A DNA stretch of 64,000 nucleotides from Dendrobates tinctorius. Lineage: Eukaryota. The stretch spans positions 65,162,001-65,226,000 of the forward strand of contig NW_027361684.1 in the NCBI RefSeq assembly GCF_039654945.1, read 5' to 3'. This document shows positions 11,251-22,850 of the stretch, piece after piece (the stretch's first letter is position 1; the number at the start of each line of letters is the position of its first letter). The notes under the pieces are model-generated. The model was not told the origin of the DNA and searched no databases. It saw nothing but the letters and a program-made list of their open reading frames with translations. A program made the translations under genes and the position numbers.

Positions 11251-12639
11251 CTCTTTTTACACTTGTGAAAATAAAAAAAAATGGTTCTGAATTAAAATGT
11301 TTGTGAAAAAAAGTTAAATATTTATTTTTTCCTTCCACATTCCATTCATTCATGTGAAGCACCTGAAGGGTTAATAAACTTCTTGAATGTGATTTTGAGC
11401 ACCTTGAGGGGTCCAGTTTTTAGAATGGTGTCACTTTTGGGTATTTTCTGTCATATTGACCCCCCAAACTCACTTCAAATGTGAGGTGATCCCTAAAAAA
11501 AATGGTTTTGTAAATATTGTTGTAAAAAATGAGAAATCGCTGATCAACTTTTAACCCTTACAACTTCCTAACAAAAAAAATTTTGGTTCCAAAATTGTGC
11601 TGATGTAAAGTAAACATATGGGAAATGTTACTTATTAAGTTTTTTGGGTGCCATATCTCGTTGATTTAAGGGCATAAAAATTCAAAGTTGGAAAATTGCT
11701 AAATTTTCTACATTTCCGTCAAATATCCATTTTTTCACAAATAAGCGCAAGTTATATGAAAGAAACTTTACCACTGTCATGAAGTACAATATGTCATGAG
11801 AAATGTGTCATAATCAGCAGGATCTGTTGAAGCGTTTTAGCATTATGACCTCATAAAGTGACACTGGTCAGAATTGAAAAAAATGGCCCGGTCACGAAAG
11901 CAAAAACAGGCTCTGGTGCGAAAGGGTTAAGTTAATGCTGGTGCAAACTTTTCAATGAAAAACTACTGCAAAAATTATTTTTAGCTCAAAATACATGAAT
12001 TTAAGTAAAAGAAAGTTGTCCCAAAAGTAGAAAGTCATTTTAAGTATTGGCAGAAGGAGATGTCTGGAAATACTTGGCATTTGAGCTCTTGAAAGGATGC
12101 ATTTTAGCATATGCAAAGACCGGACCACCCCCCGGTGAGTAAAATATATAACTCTTTCTTATTATCTTTCAGGTTACATGGGGGGGGGGCTTATCTACAG
12201 CATTACAGAATGCTGTAGATAAGCCCCTGATGTCGGTGCCGGCAGCTGATAGGCCAAAAATAGGGTGACCGATTCCCTTTAAGTATGGAATTTTAGTTGC
12301 TAGTCTTAAAGATGGGCATGCAATAATAAGATGCATCCAATTCATTAGGATGTGGGCACCACTTAATGAGTTAGATATTTGCTTATCAGTAGTGTGCGCT
12401 GCTTTGCTCCTCATCAGAAATGTTACTCTAGGCAAGGACTGGGATGACATTTCTAGCATCAGGAACACCACCACTTGAATTGAATTTGTCGATGTTGCCA
12501 TGTCCCGTCTTGGCTCTTCGAGAAAAACAAAAGTTTTGTGCAAGCCAGTTGTGCAAGAATTCTGGTGTTAGCACCATGATGAATTGGGGCCTTAATTTCG
12601 CTTCTGGTTGTCAGTTTTTAAGAAACATCCAGTTTTTAA

Positions 12640-12969
12640 GGGAAACTGTCATGTGAAAAAACCACTATTAACCTGCAGTTATGGGGTTCATCTGCAGGCT
12701 ATTAGAGTTCTGAACTGGCCTGGCCCCCGCACTTAGATCCCCGCTACTGAGAAATTAACTTTATTCCTCTTGGCAGAGTTCAGCGTTCAGTCATAGGGGT
12801 GCAGCCAGTGCCTCACTGAATGCCGAGCGCTGCTGGAAGGAGCAAAGTTCATTTCCTACTGGCAGCGGGGCTCTCAGTGCAGGCACCAGGCAGGTTAAGA
12901 ACACTATTAGCTTGAACATTAACCCTAAACCTGTAGGTTAATAGCATTTTTTCATGTGACAGGTTCCCA
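12640..12969. mobile_element. TTAA-flanked MITE (T2-type)
   Basis: ttaa-GGGAAACTGTCATGTGAAAAA ... TTTTTCATGTGACAGGTTCCCA-ttaa inverted termini. Confidence 0.75.
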
Positions 12970-13061
12970 TTAAAGGATTACCTTACTGAATAAAGTACAG
13001 TCCTCTAAAGTCAAATTGACAATTATAGAAAAACTATAAATGCTTTCTAAATTTCTTTCAG

Positions 13062-13219
13062 AGCTTGAATTTGACTTGAAACCCAAAAATCTATCACTGG
13101 CAGTCACAAACAAAGAAGCATTTTTGATGTGGGAATGTAATGTTTCTAGGGAAAACTCTCGTAACATGTTTTATCATTTCTACTTGAAAAGTCAAGAATT
13201 AGAAGAATTTTTAACTAAT
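13062..13219 (+). CDS. Cytokine receptor gene coding exon 2 (N-terminal FN3-like domain, first half)
   Basis: tttctttcag acceptor, AAT|gtaagt donor; (E)LEFDLKPKNLSLAVTNKEAFLMWECN... with P-x-N-L and L-x-W FN3 pattern; phases 1 to 0. Confidence 0.85.
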
Positions 13220-13992
13220 GTAAGTTGGATTTATTTTTTTTCAAGTTTTCCCACCTTTAAGGCTCCTCCTTTCTGTATTTATTATTTTCACCTGCTATTG
13301 TTTGTTGTTTATGCACTAATCTTTCAGGCAGATGTCCAAAAAGAATGATTTAGAGCATTCTCTGCCCCGTTTGTGCCTTTTTTATGAGAGACGTTGACCA
13401 AAAGTTTCAGTTGTTGGAAATCCATTCATTCCAAACTGCAGATCTGCATCCTGGTCTAGAAAAAAAAAAATCCCAGACAAGGTGACAAGTTGAGACAAAA
13501 TCAAAAGCGATTCATAATTTCAATTTATGACATTGTCATACAGTATGACAACCATCACAGACCAAAACAAGTCATTTGTAAAACGGCTGTTGCCTAGGTT
13601 GCGGGTCACCGCTGCAACAGTGGCTAAACATCTGCTGTGCTTACAAGCCCTTTACAGTAAAGTTTGTTGTGACAAGCTAATGCTGGTTGCATTACTCGAG
13701 CCCTCTCGCTCCTGACCTGGACAGTTTCAATGCAACTGTGCTCCTCCAATGATGCAAAGGTAAAGCTGCCTCTACTTGTAGCACCAAAGTGTGCACAGTT
13801 CTGGCCAGCGGTGCAACACTACAGCCGCTTTTCTGAATTGTCATTCTGCTCCCTGGCAAGCGGGATACCAAGAGGCTGGGGAATACTGATTATTTGAATT
13901 TCTGCATGAAGCATCTGCTACTCAAGCCCCACACTAGACAAAAACTGTTCTCTCAGTATAAGATGCAAACACATGGGGAGCTGAGATTTTAA

Positions 13993-14299
13993 AGGGTTGT
14001 CCGGGCTTGGGACTAAAGTCTGCAATCACGCTATGTGACTGTAGACTACCAAAAAGGTGACAACGTGTAGTGTGTATGCTGTCACAATGCCTTGGTATTC
14101 ACAGTGCGAGCAGGCAATCTGCATACTTGCGGTGGTATGCTGACTAGACAATTTTGGCTTCTCTTAATAGAACTAATTCCAGAGAAGTCAGATGAGTCTA
14201 CTTAGCACGTGACCATAAGTCTGTAGATCGCAGGCATGATGTCTTCATTCAGCAACTCTATGTGACTGGAGAATTTTGTCCCAAGTGCTGACAACCCCT
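13993..14299. mobile_element. TTAA-flanked MITE
   Basis: ttaa-AGGGTTGTCC ... GACAACCCCT-ttaa; internal palindromic symmetry. Confidence 0.7.
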
Positions 14300-14633
14300 T
14301 TAATGCACACTTATGTGTCTCTTTTCTGCTTACAAAATGGTTACTCTCATGTTATATCAATTCCAAGAGGACCGGACACCCCTGTAATCTCCAAGCAGTG
14401 GCTGATAATGTGCAGTTTACACTGCTGTTGGCCATGATATAGAGCATACACATTACCTCCTGGTCCTTGCCACCAATCTCCTGCCCCATTCATTTCTATA
14501 GGAGTAGTTCTATAAAGAAGCTCACCTCCCATTCATCACATCTACGGCTTGATATTTTTATTCTCCCCATCACACCCATGATTAAGAAGTTATCCCCGCC
14601 CACACATTTAGTGACACCATATCTAGATGCTAC

Positions 14634-15397
14634 TGTAAGGAACACACAGTTCATGGGATGCAGTGAGTAACCAGAGACATAGAAGGGGTTAACAAAGATT
14701 TACTGAACAATCGTTAACAGGTAATACTCCACGCAGGGACATAAAGGCAATCAGCGAAAGAATTTACGAAATAAATGAGACACTTATCGGTTGCAGTTCT
14801 GGCAAGGAGAAAGCTGGAAAATCTCCCAGCGGCGTCTCAAATGATGAACAATGTTTCTGGCTCTGCTATGAAGTAACTAGTAACACTGCCGTCCGACAGT
14901 GCCGATGGATGCAGACCAGCTTGACGTGGGTGCACTGGAACATGGAAACAGTCCTTTATGTGGATGCTCCAGAAATGGCGCCGGGCACGGGTCGTGAGCA
15001 CGTGTACAAGTCTCAACAGCCCACGGTCTCTCGGAGTAGTCTCTAAGCGGTTGATCCAGTATCTTGGGTAGAACAGGGGTATCCGACAGTATGGGTTCAG
15101 ACGGTAACTTAATAGCGTCACAAGAAGTCTCAAGGTCAGCACACAGAGGTCTGGAAAAAGTGGAGTTGTCAGTATAAGCAGCGGAAACGGAGTCAACAGT
15201 CTCCTGTCACCTTGCCGCCAAGTCTGCCCCGTTCCCGCGCTCAGATCTCCTTTTGTACCCCGCACCCCTGTTGTCTGACAGAAAGGTCTCTCCCTTTCAG
15301 AGGAAATTTCTTCCACCAACAGTGGTGACAGCCCCAATAGTTCCGACCTTAAAGGGCACCGCACACCGTTGACTCCATTTTGACTCATCTTCTTACA
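14634..15397. mobile_element. Probable solo LTR
   Basis: TGTAAGGA ... TTCTTACA inverted termini; flanks CTAC/CCAC (imperfect 4-bp TSD). Confidence 0.55.
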
Positions 15398-15949
15398 CCA
15401 CCTCTGCATTTTATCCTCCAAAGCTTCTGATGTGGCAGAAGAAGACAATGAATCACATAACTGCATAGGGAGCAGGCATAGTTCAGGCCAGCAGCGAATA
15501 TATATAAATAATGTATTCAGTAATTAAATACATGTACATTAAGATGCACATGCACTTTGCTAATTATATTTGTGACTGACAGCTTTATGTCTATTCTATT
15601 TATAAAAAAGTTAAAGGGGTTGTCCAGTCCAAATCAACCTCAGACTCATTAATCTCTCCAGTGTATGCAGTGTGCACTGCAGTGAATTCACCAGTTTCTC
15701 ACCTGGAACCGGAGGGTATGAATGAGTTATACATACTCCTGGCCAGTGGACGTGACCTTGCTCCATACACTTATATTGAGCGAAGCTACACCCTGACTAT
15801 TGATGCAGGCATTTAGTGAGTGTGGCTGACTGGAGGGAGAGTGAGGCCGCGCACACTGGCCAGGAATGTGTACAAGGCCTGGATCACACTACCGTGTGTG
15901 ATTTCTATGCAGCCGCAGCTCCGGTCCTGAGTGCCGGTCTCTAGTGACC

Positions 15950-16243
15950 AAACAGGCAGATCTCACCAGCGATGCAGCAGCGATCGGTGGTCTTACTCAC
16001 CTTTCAGATGCGGTGAGATGACCGTCTTCCGCCTCCGTCCATGGCTCGCTCGTCGGCGCCAGCAGGAAGCTGACGACGAGAAATGGACCAGGCCGATCTC
16101 ACGCGATCAGCGATAACCAGCAGGGGAGCCAGTCGGAGGTAAGTATCTCATGTAGCAATATCGCTAGCAATATCGCTGCTGTGTCACAAAATTGGTGACG
16201 CTTTAGCGATATTGCTAGCGATATCGCTATGTGTAAAGCCCCC
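15950..16243. mobile_element. Right part of a palindromic Harbinger-type MITE
   Basis: AGCGATATCGCT motifs and GCTATGTGTAAAGCCCCC end resemble the elements at 38190-38850 and 58814-59175. Confidence 0.55.
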
Positions 16244-16244
16244 T

Positions 16245-17760
16245 TTACATTCTACAGGATAGTGGGGAAGGAGACAGTAGGTTGGGAGGGTTGCAGCAGC
16301 TCCAGTGATGGTTAGGCGGTAGCTCCAGTAGTGGTGAGGGGGCAGCAGGGATCATTGCAGGCTGTAGGCTTTCCTGAAGAGATGGGTTTTCAGGTTCCGT
16401 CTGAAGGATTCCAGTGTGGTTGATAGCCAGACGTGTTGGGGCAAAGAATTCCAGAGGATGGAGGCTGTTCGGGAGAAGTCTTGGAGGCGGTTGGATGAGG
16501 AGCGAAGGAGGTCTTGGGAGGATCAGAGATTGTGAGGGAAGATATTGGGAGATTAATTCAGAGATATATGGAGGAGACAGGTTATAGATGGCCTTGTAGG
16601 TCAGTATTAGTAATTTGAATTGGATACGCTGAGGGAGTGGGAGCCAGTGAAGAGATTTGCAGAGGGGAGAAGGGGAGGAGTAGCGAGGACAGAGATTAAT
16701 TAGTCGGGCAGCATAGTTAAGGATGGACTGGAGAGGTGCAAGGGTGTTAGCAGGGAGGCCACAGAAAAGGATGTTGCAGTAATCGAGACAGGAGATGATG
16801 AGGGCATGCACAAGCAGTTTAGTAGAGTGAGAGTTGAGGAAGGGACGGATTCTGGAAATATTTTTGAGCTGGAGGCGGCAGGAGGTGGAGAGAGCTTGGA
16901 TGTGTGGTTTGAAGGACAGGGCAGAGTCAACGGTTACTCCGAGGCAGCGGACCTCCGGTACAGGGGAAAGCGTGATGTCGTCAATTGTTATAGATAGGTC
17001 AGGTAAGGAAGATCTGTGAGATGGGGGAAAGATGATCAGTTCAGATTTGTCCACATTCAGTTTGAGGAAGCGGGAGGAGAAGAAGGAGGATATGGCTGAT
17101 AAACACACCGGGATTTTGGAGAGCAGAGAGGTGACATCTGGGCCAGAGAGGTAGATCTGAGTATCATCGGCATAAAGGTGGTACGGGAATCCGTGGGACT
17201 TTATGAGTTGCCCCAGGCCAAGTGTATAGATTGAGAAGAGTAGGGGTCCTAGAACAGAGCCTTGGGGGATTCCAACAGAGAGAGGGTGGGATGAGGAGGT
17301 AGTGTGGGAGTGGGAGACGCTGAATGTGCGGTTGGAGAGGTATGAGGAGATCCAGGATAGGGCAAGGTCTTTGATGCCAAAGGAAGAGAGGATCTGTAGT
17401 AGGAGGCAGTGGTCAACTGTGTCGAAGGCAGAGGACAGGTCTAGAAGGAGGAGTATAGAGTATTGTCCGTTCGCTTTGGCTGTAAGTAGGTCATTAGTAA
17501 TTTTGGTTAGGGTTGTCTCAGTGGAGTGATGGGGCGGAAACCAGATTGTAAATTGTCAAAGAGCAGGTTAGATGAGAGATGGGAGAAAAGTTCAGCGTGG
17601 ACGTGCTGCTCCAGGAGTTTGGAAGCGAATAGGAGCAGCGATATTGGGCGATAGCTGGACATAGCGCTTGGGTCGAGGGTTCGCTTTTTGGCGATAGGGG
17701 TGATTGAAGCATGTTTGAAAGCAGAAGGGAAGGTACTGGAAGTTAGTGATAGGTGCACAT
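16245..17760 (-). mobile_element. L2-clade LINE fragment (ORF2 RT domain), degenerate
   Basis: Minus-strand [57 protein letters not shown] and LHWLP motifs with frameshifts. Confidence 0.88.
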
Positions 17761-19167
17761 TTTATGATACTGTGAGTATACATGTAAATGTTGGGCCTGA
17801 TGAATGGGGGGCCCAGACACAAGTCCTGCACTGGTGCCCATTATTGTTCAGTGTCTACACTTGGAAAAACTATAGAGTCTACGGTTGGAAACTATATTAT
17901 ATAGTGATTTGGTGGAACATAGAGACTGCAGAAATTTATGTTGATCCTTTAAAACCCCTATTATTTTATTGCACAATTCCATTTATTATGTAGTTGTGCA
18001 GTTTTCTATTATATATAGCATTTTTTGCAAGCGGGGGTTTTCCAGTATTTCTTTTATCATTTTATAGACATCTTCTGCATAAAAATAAGAAAATGAGCTG
18101 TACTTTTCCCTGCTGCTCTAACAATGTCTTTGTGCTGAGGCACTTGGTCTTTATGGAGAGGATTGCGGAGGTCAGTGATTGGCTGAAGTGTCCACATTCT
18201 GTACTTGTGATGTACACAAAGACCATGGGCAGCAGTGGAGTGTCGGCAGCTAATATTCTTATTTTTATGCAGATTATTCCTTTAAAATAGCTAAAATATC
18301 CTGAATAACCCATTTAAATGTATAATTACTCACATCTGAGTTAGAAACAATGTCATATATTTTAAACACTCAATCCCTGGGCATCAGGCAAGCTAAGCAC
18401 CAAGAACCTGGCAATATCGGTTTGTGCATGTCACATACGTTTTTAACCCGTTTTTTTCTTGCTCAGCATGGTTGGGAGACCCCACCCCTCTCCTGTGTGA
18501 CATGCACATAAATGAGCTGTCTTGCACCACAAGCCCATATGCTAGGAGGCGCCTGTCTGCATCCTGTTCATTTAGACACTGTTCACATGTTCAGGTTTTA
18601 AATACATTAGATAGGGACTGCTTCGTGAAGGGTTACCATGACGTGGTGAAGCTGCTTGGTATACATTTTTTGCAAAAAACGTATCGACTAAATACCCTGT
18701 ATTCGTTATACAGCACTTGCTGATTACTGTCATGTTTTTTGCTGCAGAGTATTTTTGCAGATTTGTCATTTTGTGTTTTCTTGTGTTTCATTCTTATTTT
18801 TATGCAGATTATACCTTTAAAATAACTTAAATATCCTGGATAACGCATTTAAATGTATAATTACTCACATGTGAGTTAGAAACAATGTCATATATTTTAA
18901 ACACTCAATCCCTGGGCATCAGGCAAGCTAAGAGCCAAGAACCTGACAATATCGGTTTGAAATGTGTCAGCTTTCTTCATGTTCTGTATGTTTTGCATAT
19001 GATTATTTTTAATGTGTTGAAATCAAGATTTATTTCTGGTTTTAATAAATTTGATAAAGTTCTCGATATTTATGCAGGTGTGCATTACAGACCAATAGTC
19101 ACTCGCTGTTCTGACACGTGCTTTGGTGACAAAACATTTTAGATCCAACTGCTGTTTTTTTATGCAG

Positions 19168-19309
19168 GAGAACGTATGTGAGGGACAGGCAGTCCTACAT
19201 CTGCCCGATTATACAAGCAGTGAAGTCTGTGTGATGTTGGTTCCAGCTTTTAATAATGATAGTGAAGAATGCGAAAGTGCTTCTAAAATTATTATATGTG
19301 CTATGCCAG
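19168..19309 (+). CDS. Cytokine receptor gene coding exon 3 (N-terminal domain, second half)
   Basis: ttttttatgcag acceptor, CAG|gtaaga donor; ENVCEGQAVL...IIICAMP; phases 0 to 1. Confidence 0.8.
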
Positions 19310-19344
19310 GTAAGATGATTAACCATGCTGAAACTGATCGTAGT

Positions 19345-21903
19345 TGTCATGCCCGCCATGTCTATCATGCCGCATGACCCCTGGAGTGGTGTACACGCGC
19401 ACCTAACTATCATGCCCGTCATGTCTTGTGTGCTGCGTGACCCCTGGAGCAGTTTGCACACGTACCTCGTGACCGTTGTGCTGCGTGACCCCTGGTGCAG
19501 TGTGCACACGTACCTCAAGACCGTTATGCTGCATGACCCCTGGTGCAGTGTGCGTGCTCACCCCATGACTGTTATGCTGCGTGATCTCTGGAGCAGTGTG
19601 CACGCACACCTCATGATTGTTATGCTGTGTGATCCCTGGAGCAGTGTGCACACGCACCTCATGACTGTTATGCTGCATGATTCCTGGAGCAGTGTGCACG
19701 CGCACCTCATAACCGTTGTGCTACGTGACTCCTGGAGCAGTGTGTGCGTGCATCTCACCTCATGGCTATACGCCACTGCTTGTGTTCACATGTGCTACCT
19801 CTCATGGCTGTGCGCCGTTGCTGGTGTGCACGCGTACCTCATGGCTGCATGCCATTGCTGTGTGCACGCCCGTCTCTGCTCTGCCTGCTGTGGTCCTTTT
19901 TATGGTCCTGGAGGACCGAATCCAGCAATCCTCTCTATGGTCCTGGAGGACTCGACCATCTGATCCTCTCTATGATCCTGGAGGACTCGACCTGGAAGTC
20001 CTCCCCTGGTCCTGACCTGGAAGTGCAGGTGCTAATGCCCTATATCAAATCGCCCCATCCTATGGTCAGGGCCTGAGTATCGTGTTGCTTCCCTGCATGG
20101 CTGCTTGGTCTGCTCGGTCGCTCCCTGTATTCTGTGCCCTTGCACTCTGCCCTGTTGTGCTTCTCTGCACACGCTCTGTGCTTGTATTCTGCCTCTTGTC
20201 CCGTGCCATGTCTTGTGTTGTCTTTTGTGCCATGTTTTGTCTTTGCTATTCTTAGCCTTGTAGTACTTCCTATGTTCTCTGTCTTTGCCTGCCATACCAT
20301 GTTTTGTCCTTGCTATGCTTAGCCTTGTAGTACTTCCTATGTTCCTTGTCTAGTCTCAAGGTTTTGCCTTGACCCTGCTCTGGGCTTAGGCCTACGTTCC
20401 GCTGCTAGCTCTATGTCTTCTGTTTGAACCCGGCTCTGGACTCTAGCATCCACTCTGCTTCTCTTCTCTTGTACCCGGCTCTGTGCTACTGCCTACGTTC
20501 TGCTCCTTGTCCTGTACTTTGCCTAGCCTTGCCTTGCTTTGTTTCTCCTCGTGCCCTTTGTATGCGCCTGGCCTTCCCTAGCCGCCTGTTTGTGCCTCAG
20601 GCGTGCCCGCCTGTTTGTGCCTCAGCCGTGCTCTTCGGCCAGTGACAGCTGCGTCGCCTGTTATGCCTCAGCCGTGCTCGCCTCAGTCTTGCCTGAATGT
20701 CTGAGCTTCAGCCCGACCAGCTAGCCAGTGCCCCAGCCGTGCTCGCTGTGCTTCCTTGCACTCACGCTGTTTCTCGCACTCTGCGTTTTCGTGCTACTCT
20801 AGCACAAGTCTTTTGCTATCCTTGCTCTGTCCTGAACCTTGTCTCTCTGTCATGTTCTGAGTTCTTTGACCTGTTCTTACCCTGCTCTGTTCTACCTACG
20901 TTCTGCTCTTTGCCTTGGACCCTGACCCTGGCGTGCCCCTCGGCATGCACAGGACCATGCCTTGCACCCTGTCCTTGGCGTGCCGCTCTGCACACGCAGG
21001 ACCTCATCCTGAACCTCAAAGCCCGACGTGTTCTCTAGATCATGTGGGACCTGCCGTGAACCATGTACCCTGGTGTGGCATCTAGCACGGCCAGGACCAT
21101 TCTTTGTACCATGCCCCTGGCATGCGCAGGACCTTGAATCTTGAATCCTGGCGGCTTCTCGAGTGCGCCCAGGACCTTGAACCCTGGCATGTTCCCTAAA
21201 CATGCACCATGCCTAGTGTCTTGAACCCTACCTTGCACCTTGCCTTGGACCCTGGTGTGCTCCTAGCACGCACCCTGCCTTGAACTTTGCTTTGGACCCT
21301 GGCATGTCTCCTAACACGCACCATGTCTTGAACTCTGTCGTGCCTCCTTGCCTGAACCCTGGTTTACCTTCCGGATGCCCGGAACCTGCCGATCGGTGCC
21401 AGTGATCCTGAGCCTGATATCTGCGGCCTGATGTCCGAAGCTGATGTCCGCAGCCTGATGCCCTGATCCTGTCGATCGTTGCCAGCTGTCCGGAGTCCGA
21501 TGCCATCGAGCCCTTGCCTGTACCTAGGCATGCCACCTAGCACGTACCATGCCATGGACCTTGGCATGCCCACGCACACAGCTTGCTATGCTTTCCCTGT
21601 TACCACATCTTGCACCTGATGTTACCCCGAGATCACGCTTTAATGAAGATACCCTGAAACCACGCATTGTCTTGTCTTGTTTCCTGCACGTCCCTTGTCG
21701 TCAGACACTGACACATTGTGTCTTCCTTGAGCTGGCCGTCTGGTTCCAGCAGTCATGGTGGCTCACCCCCTTGATCTTGCCCCTGACACTCCCTGTATAG
21801 GGGGTGGTTCCTTACAAGGTCAGCTCGCCCTAAGTGGGTGGGTGCCACGACCCAGAGTATCCACTCTAAAGAAAACAACTCAGCTGAAGCTGACTCCGTC
21901 ACA
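19345..21903 (+). mobile_element. Oversized solo-LTR-like element filled with tandem repeats
   Basis: TGTCAT...GTCACA ends, 5-bp TSD GTAGT (19340-19344 and 21904-21908); 3' end homologous to the element at 34998-36018. Confidence 0.8.
19375..19760 (+). repeat. 48-bp minisatellite, about 8 copies
   Basis: GACCCCTGGAGCAGTGTGCACACGCACCTCATGACTGTTATGCTGC unit at 48-bp spacing. Confidence 0.85.
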
Positions 21904-22308
21904 GTAGTTTACTAAGTGTATGTATATGTAAAACTACTATATATACTCTTCTTAATAGTCATGAAATTGTCATGCTTTTGTGGAATTTGGTAAATTTGAA
22001 GCATGAATTGAAATCAGCACTGCGGATCATTTTCTGCTGCAGATTTCTGCTGTAGAGCATGGGTGCTACGTGACTTCAAAACAAATAGAAGTGCTCACTG
22101 CACTCAAAGCTGTAGCAATGCTCCGTTAACTATCACCCAGTGCATGGTCATCTCCAGTCCATGCCTACACATGTTTATGACATATGCTTTGTAGTATGTT
22201 CTTACAACGAGTTTTTAAAGATGAGGTAAATAAAGTAGTTGAAGTTTTAGGATTGGTAATTTTCACACTATTTACCTGCAGGTAAATAGAGTTTCCCAAC
22301 ATGACAGG

Positions 22309-22846
22309 TGTCACAACTCTGTTGTCAGATTTCCTGGGACATGGGGCTCTTTCCCTGTTCCTAACACTAGGGGTGCCCTATCTATCCCTGCTCCCTGGAT
22401 TACTTCTGATGGTGAAGACGCTGGGGCCATGTATCTTGATGAACTCCAAATCAGCCCTATATCTGTCCCCCTCCCCAACCCAGTGAAGTGGGGAGTAGTG
22501 GTGTAGACTATACACAAACCAGACAAACGACATACAGGGATAAAGGAAAAATACCAATCAATTAAATATGCACTCACAGACAACAGAGGGGAACATCAGG
22601 GAGAAAAGGAATGTAAACAAAATAGAGAATTTGCAAACAGCCCAAAAACTCCCAAGTGAAAGTCACAGAATAATAGTCCAAATGCCTCTACCAACAACTG
22701 ACTCCTCCACTCACTAGGCAGTAGAACACTTAACACTGGCAATGCAGATTGACAGAGGTGAGGATATATAGGAGAGGGGAGTGGCCAACACTGCACAGCT
22801 GAGATCATCCAAGCAGGAAGGCTTCAGACACTCTAAGTTGAACAGT
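22309..22846. mobile_element. LTR-like fragment interrupted by the TTAA element
   Basis: Starts TGTCACA and shares CACTAGGG/CCCT.TC motifs with the solo LTR at 504; right end not resolved. Confidence 0.4.
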
Positions 22847-22850
22847 TTAA

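Larger units (their letters stand above)
3744..11926 (+). mobile_element. Large non-autonomous TTAA-flanked (piggyBac-like) DNA element, host of the Gypsy insertion
   Basis: ttaa-CCACTTCC ... GAAAGGG-ttaa ends; interior (telomere-like repeats, ~390-bp tandem units, AT-rich tail) is collinear with the copy at 22851-25273. Confidence 0.65.

Noticed and set aside
14837-15466. 209-aa minus-strand ORF
   Set aside because: Lies mostly within a probable solo LTR and has no recognisable domain
19325-21800. Many overlapping Cys/Leu-rich ORFs
   Set aside because: Low-complexity tandem repeats within the TSD-flanked LTR-like element
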